Assembly (NCBI GenBank): GCA_965178125.1
Contig: OZ237737.1
Coordinates: 124,001 to 188,000 of the forward strand
DNA length: 64,000 nt
Source of the DNA: Bilabrum cf. latius
Lineage: Eukaryota
Direction of reading: 5' to 3'
Shown: in pieces, positions 1-11,247 of the stretch
How positions within the stretch are numbered: the stretch's first letter is position 1
Layout of the letters: each line of letters starts with the position of its first letter
Made by a program: the position numbers and the translations under genes
The notes under the pieces: generated by a model
Database searches by the model: none
What the model was told of the DNA's origin: nothing
Seen by the model: only the letters and a program-made list of their open reading frames with translations

Positions 1-3000
1 TCGTTCTCTCTCCGACTGGAAACACCGGTCCTGGGCTCCATCCCTGCCCGTGTCTTTGCCGCTCTGGGCGGCATGCGAGACCTATCGATACGGGCTGCTG
101 CAGGCGCATCCTTCGGCCGCCTAGACCAGCCGTGCAGCGCGTTTGAAGGACTATCGGGCCTGCGAGAGCTCGGCGTCGATGCACCAGGGGCCGCTAACGT
201 GTTCGGCGCACAGCAACGCCTGACTGAAGACGGCTTCAAAAGCTGCTCCTTTGGCCCCACGCTACGCCAGCTTGCCTTGAACGGCCTTGATCTTTCCCGA
301 TCCATCTGGAGCCGCGGGACATTTGCAGCGCTGCCCAGCCTGCACCGCCTGGCCGTGACTGGCTCCTCTGGACAGCGATCCTTCTCCATTGGCGGCGATG
401 TCCTCACGCCACTTTCACTGCTCGAAGAGCTTGACGTTTCGCGGAGCGGGCTGTAGATGCTGCCGGTACTCACTCGCTCAGCGGGTGGCGTGCTTCGGTC
501 CATCAACGTGCAGGGCAACCCGCTAGACGTCGTGGTGGACAACCCATTCGCCAACATGTTTCAGCTCATGGACGTGCTCACAGATCCTGGTAAGCAGTGC
601 AACCAAGGAACTGTTAAGCAGCCAGTGACTGTTCTGAACGGGGACGACCCTGCCATGTGCGTCATGTGTCCGGCAGGCCATTACTGCGCGGATGGCATTG
701 TCCGCACCGAGTGCCCGCTGGGGAGCTTCAACCCGACTCGCATGGCTCCCAACGCGACTGCATGTCAAGATTGCCCTGTTGGCAGCGTGACTACATTTAC
801 AGCGGCCGTGTCCAGCGACCAGTGTGTGGCAGTGCCGCTCAGGTGCAACCCGGGCACTGCCGGCCAGGACTGTGAACCATGCGGACCTGGCACGTACTCG
901 CTAGGAGGAGACATTAAGGAATGCCTGGTGTGCCAAGCAGGGACAGTGTCACAGCGAGAGTACCTGTCGCTCGGATGCGACGAGTGTCCTCAGGGCACGT
1001 ATGGATCCAGGGCGAGGCAAGCTCTGGTCAGCAGCTGCATGCAGTGCGGAGATGGGCTTCGGTCGGACAGCGGGGCCACAGCGTGCTCTGGGTGCCCAGC
1101 GGGACAGCTCCTCGACTCCAGCTCGGGGCAATGTATCTTGCAGGCTGACGAGCCCAGGTGTGGAGCGGATGGCATGGCCTGTCTGCCAGGCGTGCCAGAG
1201 CCGGTCGTGGCCCCAGCCGTCGTGCGCTAGCTCGTAGCGGAGCTGCCGCTGCCCTCGTTCGTGCAGGCGGGGTTCGATTCAAGCAGCTCTAACGCCCTCT
1301 TTGGTGGATTTGAGGAGCCTGTCCCCGCTGACGCAGCGGTGGGCCCGCAGGGCGACGAGTCGCTTGCTCGAATTCTGAGACGCGCATCAGAGCGGATGGA
1401 CTATCAAGACAGCGCAGCAGCTCGAGAGGCTGGCTACGGTACACCAGTAGAGCAACCGAGCCATCCAATGCGCATTGGACGGGACTCTCAGCCGTCAATT
1501 TCCTCTAGTAGGAGGCAGTTGCAGGACAACGGCGAGTCTGGCGGCGATATAGATGCCGGCAAGGACGAGAAGAGCGATACGGCTGCTGCTGAGCAGATAG
1601 CCTGGGTTGTGAGCACTTGTTTCATTGGAGCTCTGGCGCTGATTCTACTGATACCACCTGCCCGTGCCCCGATGCACAGCTTCCTCAAGCTGATCGATTC
1701 GATGTCAATGGACCATTCCCCAGAGCAATTTGCAGCCATGAGGAGAATTAGCACGCCCACGGGTGGGTGGTTTACTGTGGCTGCCATCCTTGTGGCCTTG
1801 GCTTCGTCGGCTAACCTGGTTCTGTAGTATGCGTACAGCAACAGTATCAGCAACGCGGGACTGCAAGTTGCTGCCACCGGTGTAGAGGGAGCCGACAGGG
1901 CGGCAGCAGCACGCTCCAGCATGGTGCTGGACCTGGTGCTGCAGCCGGCATCGTTCGTGAGGTGTGATGATAGCGTTTCGCTGCAAGTGTCTTCTGGGAG
2001 CGATGCGGCAACGTCACAGTTTGCGGTGATGGAGACGCCAGACACTGCCACCGACACCGACAGTGCGACTCCAACGCTAGTACAGCTGGCAAGAAGTGCG
2101 AGGGTGAAGGAGTACAGGACCGAATCACACCAGGAATCTCGCCTGTGCTGGGTGCGAGCAGTGTGTGCAGAGTGTGGCCTACCGGCCGTGGCGCGCATAG
2201 ACACAGTAGCCCATTGGTCTGCACAAGCAATCGGGTGGCGATTTGCCACCCAGGACGCCTAGAGGGCGTGGTCCCTGGCCAGCGGCACAGCGACTGCTCC
2301 AGTAGCAGACCCTGTCGCTGGCAATGCATCCGGCCTGTCCGACCAGATGCTTGACGTCAGACAGGAAAACCTCGCGCTGGTCGGACACATTCTGGACGAC
2401 GAGCGGAGTGGTCTCACGGTGCAGGCCAGCGGATACAGGGTGCAGGACATGCGGTCGGGGACCAGCACCACGAGGACGATTGCGGCCATCGACCCCTCGT
2501 CCTCGAGAACGACCCTCCGTCTGGATGTAGGGAGGTCTTAGGTGTTTGCATCCACCAATATCTATACCTTGTACACGTTTCCTCAGGTGCTGTCTTTGAT
2601 TGGCGGTCTGACGGTGGGCATCCTGGGTGCCTTCAAGGCGGCTTTTGCCATGTTCGAGAAGGTCCTGGGAGACAGGGTGGAGTGGATGTGCGGCAGAACG
2701 GGAAGGGTGCTCACCGAGGAGGAGGCTGTGAAGAGGAGGGCCGCAGAGGCAAAGAGCTCGCTCGATAGTGGCATGCGCACGGGGGGCAGGAAGGACAGCA
2801 CCCAGATGTTCAGCGTTGTCTCTCCAATGGCAAGCTCCAAGATGCAGCGCAAGCGGGACCCAGGCGGCAGCAACTCCAGCAACCGATCGCAAAGCTCTAC
2901 CAAGGAGTTCGCGGGGTGTTCGACCCAGGGGCCAGCGGTGACAAGACCGCTTCACCGGCCCAGCGTGACCCTGGATAGCTACAAGTCACTCGAAAGGATG

Positions 3001-3036
3001 CACGGGGTGCGGGCGCATGATGGCACGCGGAAATGA
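1..3036 (+). CDS. 5'-partial membrane protein: leucine-rich repeats + Cys-rich (GCC2/GCC3, TNFR-like) repeats + ~3 TM helices (>1011 aa with TAG=Gln)
   Basis: ORFs 73, 457, 1261, 1921, 2347 and 2542 share frame +1. They are separated only by TAG (454, 1228, 1825, 2260, 2539) and end at TGA 3034-3036. LRR motifs (LEELDVSRSGL, LRSINVQGNPL), CPAGHYC/CPLGSF repeats and hydrophobic segments are present. Confidence 0.8.
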
Positions 3037-3170
3037 ACCAAGCAAGAGTTTCGCTGAGTGAGGCCTAGTTTAAAGTTTATCGGGATAAAATTGCGATTAT
3101 TTGCCTTCAAAAACACGCAAGCACTTTTTTGTAGTCTTTCAGAGGCTCGCAGCATGCAATACTACCCCAC

Positions 3171-4106
3171 TCAGAAGTGCACCTCATCTGCTCCCTGGCT
3201 CTGTCCCTCCCTCGCCACCCCTTCTCCTTCCCCTGCAGAGGCTCCAAACACCCTCCTCCTCACCTCGATGGCCCGCGGCACCGCGCCGTCCATAGCATCG
3301 GCCAGCTGCTCCATGCCTTTCTTGTATGTCACGCTGTCAGCGGCGTGTCGCATCGCCGACTTTGACGTCCAGTGTGTCACACTCGTCACACTCACAACAC
3401 CACGGGTACCCTCTCTCCCTGGCACCTGCGGCGCGATACCCCCTACCCCTCCTCCTCCGCCATCGTGCCCCACGAGCAGCTCGGCACCGAGGAAGCCCTC
3501 AGAGATGCGGTATGCAGGCAGCGCGTGCGCCTCGTAGGCCTCCTCCACCGAGCGAGCGCGGTCTTGAGAGGGGAGATCGACGACCGAGACGCGCGTGTAC
3601 CCGGCGTGCGAGACCACGGGGCCTGCCGCAGGGGAGGTCCGGGCATTTGCCTCGCCTGCGCTCGATGTCCCTGAGCTGGGCTGGCCGGCCTCATCGGTCG
3701 TATTGAACTTGGCATAGCCAAACTCAATTCCTCGGCGCTTCGCAGCCGCTTCAGTAGAGCGATCTTCGTCGTAGCCTGGAACGCCCGCCTCAAAATAGTA
3801 GTCCTCTTCGCTGCGTGGCGGTCTAGTTCGACCACGGCCGCCAGGCGGGCGTTTTCGGCGTTTTGCCAAACGACTGTTCAGCGAGGCCTCACTATACCAG
3901 CCTACATCGGCTGGCGCTACGGGAGTGCCGTCTCCAGCCTCTGAATCCGACAGGGCACGCAAAGAAGAATGCAGCCCACGAGAGCTGGACATGGTTACCT
4001 CCACACGAGACCAATGCGATGCCTGACACCCTAGACATCCCATGATGCTTACATGTTGAGATTTAATTGCTTTTGCAATAACCGCTCGTGATTTAACTGC
4101 TCTCAT
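3171..4106 (-). CDS. hypothetical protein with possible C-terminal ABM-like (dimeric alpha/beta barrel) domain; start uncertain
   Basis: 311-aa ORF ending in TGA. The C-terminal pattern 'YEAHALPAYRISEGFLGAELL...SVTHWTSKSAM' resembles antibiotic-biosynthesis-monooxygenase folds. Confidence 0.5.
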   Translation of the reverse strand: MRAVKSRAVIAKAIKSQHVSIMGCLGCQASHWSRVEVTMSSSRGLHSSLRALSDSEAGDGTPVAPADVGWYSEASLNSRLAKRRKRPPGGRGRTRPPRSEEDYYFEAGVPGYDEDRSTEAAAKRRGIEFGYAKFNTTDEAGQPSSGTSSAGEANARTSPAAGPVVSHAGYTRVSVVDLPSQDRARSVEEAYEAHALPAYRISEGFLGAELLVGHDGGGGGVGGIAPQVPGREGTRGVVSVTSVTHWTSKSAMRHAADSVTYKKGMEQLADAMDGAVPRAIEVRRRVFGASAGEGEGVAREGQSQGADEVHF

Positions 4107-4187
4107 CGCTTCGATTATGGCCGTACGTCAGCAGTTGCCTTTGATCGCAAATCACATTTTGTAGCGCGTTAATTTCGGTTCGGAGAG

Positions 4188-4703
4188 ATGGCGGCTATCG
4201 ATGGCCATAGCAAGCTCATCTTCTCTCCCGATCGCGTGATGTTCTCCAAAAAGCATTCTGTTGATTTGCTTTTTACAGTTCATGCCGCTTTCGCACTGAT
4301 TGCAGGCCTCTTCGCGATTTTGCTGCCACACTTTTTTGAGCACTTCATGATTAGCTTTCATGAAGATGGGAGCGGCGGGTTTCATCCAGGAGGAGAAGCC
4401 AAAATTACGCATCTAGTCATTCGACTGTATGGTGCTCTCATCCTGGCCCAATCGTGGATTGTGTGGCATGCTAGAACGCAAGCTACTGGAGCTATGAGGC
4501 GCGCGCTTGTCCAAGCGTACTTTGGGATGTTCACCATCACCGCCCTTGCTCTACTGAGAGCGCAGCTGACTACAGGGGGCGGTTTCAATGCGTTCAACTG
4601 GCTGAACATCATTCTGTTTGCGGGGCTCGCTGGGTACTACGGGTGGTGGATCTTCGTTCAACCGCTATCTGTGTGGGAATTGCCAATGCGAGCAACTGTG
4701 TGA
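4188..4703 (+). CDS. small 4-TM membrane protein (possibly TP53I11/PIG11-like)
   Basis: ATG to TGA, 171 aa, four hydrophobic helices, 'RLYGALI' and 'LLRAQL' motifs. The family call is tentative. Confidence 0.65.
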   Translation: MAAIDGHSKLIFSPDRVMFSKKHSVDLLFTVHAAFALIAGLFAILLPHFFEHFMISFHEDGSGGFHPGGEAKITHLVIRLYGALILAQSWIVWHARTQATGAMRRALVQAYFGMFTITALALLRAQLTTGGGFNAFNWLNIILFAGLAGYYGWWIFVQPLSVWELPMRATV

Positions 4704-5500
4704 CAGCTACTGACAGTAAATTCAAAGTGCATATCCTACCGGTTGCACCAAGCTTGGAAGCCAAAGCCCAGCACGCCGGCGTCGAGTAGTCGAGTGGCGA
4801 GCTCAACGGGCGCGGTGCGGCGCGATCGTTTCGCACTGGCAGGAATGTGCTCCAGCTTGATCTCTGTGTCGTGATATAGTGGAAGATTGGGTGCAGGTCC
4901 CAATCGAGTGTCCCAGGGAAGACCAGTCGATGCTGGGCCTAGGCGAGAGATTGGGGGGCATGGGGAGGGGGAGAGAGGGCAATCCGCTGGTTGGACCCCC
5001 CCCTTCAGTCTGCTGCCTGCTAGACTAAACTGTATCGGTGCAAGCAAGTCTGCGGATAGCCAGGGCGGTGGCACAGCGCCGGCAGGGCGTGACGAGCAGC
5101 TGCCAGCTGTCTCGCTCGGCCAGTCGTGCAAGGGTGCCGAGACTGCTGGTAGCGCAGCCGCGCCTGCAAAATGAGGGGCAATGCTTGGTGGTGGCCGGGT
5201 GGCGCGACCGCAGGCACCGATTTGAGAGGAACTGCCAGAGCATACATGGACCGAGGGCAGCTGCATCGAGGCAGCTGGGATTGACCGGAGGAAGGTTTGA
5301 TCCAATTGTGGGTGACTGTCGTGCTCAATATCATGTGTGCCTACGGATCATCAGTATTGTCTCATTCTATTTGGCAGCCAGAGCTCCGGTCTCGTGTCGT
5401 TGTGGGTAGTCTCCAAAATCGAATTTAGCACGCTACCAAAAAGTGGCGGTTGGTGATTTTCTTTCGCCCTCGCATTTCCAGGTTTTGCGTTAATTCTCGG

Positions 5501-6157
5501 ATGGCTGGCAAAGGATCTTCGTTGTTTCGGGTAGGGGGCCGAGCTGGCACTGGGCTAGGAGGCGTGTCTAGGCGAAAGGTAAGATGTCTCTGTGGGTCTG
5601 CGAAGCACCTTCCATTCGGTCCCTGTCAACTTGGTTGGGATAGCGCCCCTAGTACTTCTCACTGTTCCTTTCGGCTAGAAATCTGTTTACGCTTGCAGGC
5701 GCGTGTGGAGTTGTCGGAGGACCAGAAAGCCGAGATCCGAGAAGCTTTTGACCTGTTCGACACGGATAACAACGGTGGGATTGACTACCACGAATTGAAA
5801 GTATGCTTGCGAGCCCTAGGATTTGACGTGACTAAGGATCAGGTTCGGAAGCTGATGACTGAGCATGATATCGAGGAGAAAGGGGAGATCAATTTCGAAG
5901 CCTTCACGGTCATCATGGCGGAGAAATTTGCGGAGAGAAATGAGGACGATGAGATCATGAAAGCCTTTCAGCTCTTTGATGAGGAAGGGAAGGGTACAAT
6001 CAGCATCAAGAATATGCGAAAAGTGGCGCGGGAGCTTGGCGAGAGCCTGTCCGAAGAGGAGCTGCGGGCCATGCTGGACGAGTTTTCGAGCGCGGGGGAC
6101 GGCGAGGTGACGCAGGAGGACTTCTTCGCAATTATGAAGGCGACAAGTGTGTACTGA
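5501..6157 (+). CDS. CETN3: centrin (centrin-3/Cdc31 type), one intron 5579-5698
   Basis: EF-hands '[32 protein letters not shown]' and '[15 protein letters not shown]'. GTAAG...TTGCAG intron. TGA stop. Confidence 0.9.
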   Translation: MAGKGSSLFRVGGRAGTGLGGVSRRKVRCLCGSAKHLPFGPCQLGWDSAPSTSHCSFRLEICLRLQARVELSEDQKAEIREAFDLFDTDNNGGIDYHELKVCLRALGFDVTKDQVRKLMTEHDIEEKGEINFEAFTVIMAEKFAERNEDDEIMKAFQLFDEEGKGTISIKNMRKVARELGESLSEEELRAMLDEFSSAGDGEVTQEDFFAIMKATSVY

Positions 6158-6291
6158 GTTGAAAGCGACGTTTCCAAAGTGAAAAATTGTTGAACTTTCT
6201 GACGGCTAGATTCAGTTCGAGCAACTAGTGTCTGCGCGACTCAGTCGTACCATTCCCATGCTTAACGGACTATCACAGCTTTGGAGCTACG

Positions 6292-7858
6292 TCAAATATT
6301 GACGTGCAAGATGTCTTTGGCAGCCTGCTCCAATCCCTCCCTATCCTCAGGGTGCGCGATGTCGATCAGCGCCCGCGCTCGCTCCCGGATGCTCTTGCCG
6401 AACAGGTGCGCGATCCCGTACTCTGTCACCACGTAATGCACGTGCGCGCGAGTGGTGACCACGCCCGCCCCCGGCTTGATGGTGGGCACGATCCTGCTGT
6501 CTCCCCTGCCCGTGCGGGAGGGAAGGGCAAGGATTGGGGTGCCGTTTGCGAGTGCTGCGCCGCGGAGGAAATCCACCTGGCCGCCCACTCCCGAGTAGAT
6601 GCGGGACCCGATCGAGTCAGAGACGATGTTCCCCGTCAGGTCCAGCTCGATGCACGAGTTGATGGCCGTCATGCCCGGCTGCTGCCTGATGAGCCCTGTG
6701 TCATTCGAGTAGTCGCTCGACTTGAAGAGCACGGAGGGGTTGTCGTCCAAGAAGTCGTACAGCTTCCTCGTACCGATGGCGAACGATGTCAGGATCTTGC
6801 CTGTGTGCTGCCCCTTGAGGTCATTCGTCACCACGCCAGACTCCACGAGAGGCAGGATCCCATCCGAGAACATCTCGGACCAGATGCTCAGCCTCCTGTG
6901 GCCACCCAGCTGCGAGAGCACAGCATCCGGGATGGACCCGATGCCCATCTGCAGAGTGGCGCCGTCCTTAACCAAGTTGTCCGCGATATGCTGGCCAATC
7001 TGCTACTGCACCTTGGAGGGCGGTGGAGGGCTCAGCTCGGGCAACTCCATGGCGTGCTCGACGACTGCGTCAAAGTGGGAGTTGTGGATCTGGCCGTCCC
7101 CAAAGGTGCGCGGCATGCGGGGGTTGTACTGCGCTACCAGAAATCGGGAGCACTGCACTGCAGCGCGGGCCACGTCGACCGACACTCCTAAGGAACAGTA
7201 GCCGAACCTGTCGGGGGGCGACACCTGCACGAGCGCAATATCAACCGGCATTAATCCGCGCTTGAACAGCAGCGGGATCTCAGACAGAAATATTGGCACG
7301 TAATCGCTCCTGCCCTCCGCGATGGCCTTGCGCTGGTTGGCCCCCGTGAAGAAATTCCTGGTCCTGAAGTGCTTCTCCATGCCGGGCGCCGCGTGCGGGG
7401 CGGGCCCCTCCGTATGTATGTTGCACACCTCGATCCCCTCAAGATCTTTGTCTTTTGCCACCCTGGCCATGGCTTCCACGAGTGGGGTGGGAGTGGCTGC
7501 CGCGCTGTGCACGAATATTCTCTGGCCCGATTCCATGAGTGGCTCCAAGGCCTCGTAGCAGCTGGTGGCGTGCTTTGGCGTGTGGCCCGGCACCTTATGG
7601 AAGGGCTCTGCGGGCAAGGGATACAAGGGATAGGATGAAAAAGGCACGCGGTATATCGTAGTCCGGGCAATATGTAGTGCTTTCTAACGCATTGTCGTCC
7701 ACCACCGCATTGAACAGCGATTGCGGTTCCACGCATGGTGAGTGAATTCCGTAGCCAAAGCAAAACCACCGAATTGAGACGCTGTGGCTGCTGGCCACGA
7801 ATGAGACCCAAAATGCAAGGCGCGTGAATCTTTGGCTCGGCAAGAGCTTTCTAAGCAT
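6292..7858 (-). CDS. acetyl-CoA hydrolase/4-hydroxybutyrate CoA-transferase family protein (ASCT subfamily 1B-like); 5' exon boundary uncertain
   Basis: Motifs FVHSAAATP, GATLQMGIGSIPDAV, SEMFSDG and SGVGGQVDF. The two ORFs join in frame through TAG 7003-7005 (KVQ*QIGQHIA). TGA stop. Confidence 0.9.
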
Positions 7859-8306
7859 GTCTTGACCGCGACTGCGCGTCACCGCAGTGTTGCGAACAGT
7901 GCTACCGCGCTGCCTATCCAGGGTAGCACGCAACACTGTAGAACGTCTGTGCTCGTATCATTGCAATGAGCATCTAAAAATGACAAAACAACGGAACACG
8001 GCAATGTGGTTCCCTTGCGCTAGCTCCGAGCAACGCAAGATGCGGACACTTACCTCGCACATCAGCGCTTGCGTAGTAAGACCTGCGGTTCTTAATAGAA
8101 TAAGCAGCCTTACGCCTGCAACATTGGCCGATAATTGCCCTGGAAACCTAACCGGCCGATCGAAGCATCGTATTTGGACCAACAGTCGCCTGATTGGGTC
8201 GTGATGGAAACCAAGCTCAGGTTTGGCTCCGAATTGCCACTCAGCCATGTGATGAGCATGATTTTGGCGCATCTTCTTTGGGCCCATTTGCCGATATTCC
8301 CGCAGC

Positions 8307-9329
8307 ATGGCCGCCTTTCCGGGCAAAATTAGTAAGTTGTACTATTTCAACGGCCGGGGTCTTGGAGAGCAATGCAGAATAATACTTTCATCTGCTGGAA
8401 TTTGCTTTGAATCCAACGAGGTGGTGGTTCCAGATGAAATGCAGTCGATGAGGGACGAAGGGCGATTGCTATTGGACCAACTGCCGATGCTCGAGATGCC
8501 TGATGGATCGAGATACACCCAGTCCATGGCAATCGTGCGGCATGTTGCCCGAGTATCGCAGTTGTACGGCGCCACACCAGAGGAAGCCTCCACGTGCGAC
8601 CAGCTCGGGGACGGAATCCGAGACTTTCTCTCCAGCTTCACGCGAATTCCATTTGCACCCTCTAGTAATGACGCTTTGAATGATGCCTAGTTTAGAGCTG
8701 CGCCTAGATTCGCCCGCCTGATGGAGCGCCAGCTCGCTTCGAATGCGGCCAAGCATCGGAGCGCGGCCGCGAGCGCCGTCGGCACAGCGAAGCGAGTCCC
8801 CAGCGGAGCCCCTTCCTACGACGGCCCGGTGTTAGTGGGCGGCGGCCTGACATACCCTGACGTTACCATGACGGAGGTACTGCTCTACTGCGGCGAGTGC
8901 CTACGGCTGCCGCCAGCAGGTCTAGAGGCGGTGAAGCGAGCCGCTGCAGCAGCCACCGCTGACGGGAAGGAGCGCGATCTGCAGCAGGCCGTGGACTCGG
9001 CTGCGTGGCTGCTCTCGCATGGCCCAGAAGAAGGCGGGATCGGGCCGTGCCCCCTGCTGGCAGAGCACGTGCGCGCCATGGCTCGCTGGCCCAGGCTCAG
9101 GGACTACCTCGTCTCGGAGGATCGGCGGCCCGTGGGGGGCGAGGCGTATAGGGACAGGGTCCGTGCTGTGCTGGACCCACTGCGAGAGAAGGAGAACAAA
9201 TTAGCCGAGGAGCGGGCCCGGGCCTTTGAGGCCCTCTCGGCGACGGCGGCTGAAGCAGGGGCTGAAGCAGGGGCGGGGGAGGAGGGTGGGAGCGGCAAAA
9301 CTGGCGCTGAAGACGGCAAATCTTCCTAA
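8307..9329 (+). CDS. glutathione S-transferase (sigma/alpha-like) with Ala-rich insertions
   Basis: LYYFNGRGLGEQCR, QLPMLE, TQSMAIVRH and LTYPD motifs. In-frame TAG 8688-8690. TAA stop 9327-9329. Confidence 0.85.
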
Positions 9330-10199
9330 GCCTACCTGGATCTGCATTTGTGTGTGATGATTAATTAGTCGTATCGTCAAATTCAATCGTCATCATCACC
9401 TTCGAGACCTTGTCTTGAACCCTCGTCCAAAACTACTAGTTCTCTGTGGCACTAATCGAGACTTCCGAGCTCACAAGTGGTGTCTCGAAACCGAGAATCG
9501 GGATTAGTTGACCCAGAGGCAAGTGCACCCGCCGCGATGGGGTTGTGGTGCCACTGGGGCTCTTGGAGCCTCGAGCTCCATTCCCTGAGGAGGGGCTTCA
9601 CCCCTGCGCCTGCACGTCCCTGCTCCGACCCGCTGGTCGACCCCGGTCCCAACTTGCTCAATGGCTGCCGCAGGCGCATCGAGATTTGCCGCTGCCCCTG
9701 CATCTACCTCCACTGCTTGGTGCCGAGCCTTCTCTGCTGTCTTCCTCCTCTGCTCCTCCTCCGTGGCGACATTACGCGCAGTGATCAGACGGACGTGGTT
9801 TCAATAGTCGTCCATGATATGCCCGTAGCTTCGCCAACGCCATCGTGATGCGCCTGGCCCATGTCTTGACCTGGGCGTCCACGCTCTTGCTCTGCTTCCT
9901 CCCGATCCGATACGTCAGGATCCTCGCAAGCTCTTCCAGGACCTTCCCGGTGTGTAGATCTTGCCGCCCTGCGCAGGGCCTGCAGGCTGGTCCAGAAACA
10001 CGCTTTCGATCTACGCAGCATCACTATTCGTGCCGTGATAAGATATAAATCTAGTTGATGCATTCGGTACTATAAATAGAAATAGAAATACATTGTTGTA
10101 CTATTCGGGTTGATGTGATAGCGTGCACTATTGAGTTTCTCATCAATATACCAGATCTCCGCAAGAACGATCCTCCAACACCACTTGAGAATCACAAGA

Positions 10200-10994
10200 A
10201 TGGCAGGGGTAGCGGACAGTGGTACTGGCAAAGTAGAAGTAGAAGTAGAAGTAGAAGCGTAGAGGTCTATTGTCAAATTTGGCTGCGGTACCCTCAACCT
10301 CGACCACACAAAGAAGATTGAAGGGATCGACAAGGACTCGTTCGCTGACACCATGACAACTACGTGGAGAAAGCTGGATAAACCTGCCATCCTCGGATGG
10401 TCAGAGGTAGGGTTCGCATACAGGCCACGCGTGTTTTGCGAGGCAAACCCTGAACTTGATTACTGTGATGCGAATTTCTTTAGGCAAGATCGTACTGCGA
10501 TCCTTTGGGATGCGAGTCGGGTTTCAACAGCCGAGGAGACCAAAACAGGCAGGGTTTGTTCTCCAACTATATCTGACATGGGTAGGTATATGGCAACGCA
10601 TCTGCACTTGCCGGCGACAGAAGAGAATGGACTTGACAGTGGTGGGTTTGTTCAGCTCGCGATCCAAGTCCACATGCCTCACAAAGATTCAAGCAAAAAG
10701 CATGGTAAAGGCCTGAAGCAACGATCTTAGCGATTACTCAGCAAGTTTGTGGAAGAATAGAAAGGAGAAGTCGATGGAATCCTCATTATCGGAGATTTCA
10801 ATGCCAGACCGAGCCAAGTGAAGGAGTACCTGCCGGAGTTGCACATGCTGTTTGACAGTGAGGAAGACGAGTCAGGACAGCGACGAATTGATAATATTCT
10901 GTACGATGGGGTATCAGTTTCAAACCCCCTTGAATTGCGAGATTCCCCGTTTGAGCACCGTCCCATCGCCGCGACAGTGTCAATCATTGAATGA
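10200..10994 (+). CDS. stand-alone exonuclease-endonuclease-phosphatase (EEP/DNase I-like) protein, 264 aa
   Basis: ATG 10200 to TGA 10992 with three in-frame TAGs (10260, 10728, ~10758). Motifs GTLN, LGWSE, VHMP, IIGDFNA, RIDNILY and EHRPI. Confidence 0.75.
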
Positions 10995-11247
10995 TTTGAG
11001 CTGATAGACAGAGCGCCATTGGGTTTTCGGTTAGCAAATGTGTGACTGAGGCAGCACTCTCTCTGAGGTGGCGATGTATCACGTTGTGATCTGCAGCAGG
11101 ACCACGCAAACGTGGTTGCTGCAACGGCGACGGAACAGGTTTACGATTGAACTCGCAAATTGATCTATTCGGATAATTATGGCATAGAATTACCGGATCG
11201 CGGTATCATGGAGTTTTCATACAATCATCCACATCACCGCCGCTGCC

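Noticed and set aside
4736-5334. Possible minus-strand gene between the membrane protein and centrin
   Set aside because: There is no clear start or domain, and TAG read-through would run into the convergent gene's 3' end.
9450-10063. Coding-like minus-strand stretch
   Set aside because: The frames I checked are closed by TGA or TAA even with TAG read-through, and I recognised no domain. It may be a degenerate or spliced gene, but I cannot support a model.
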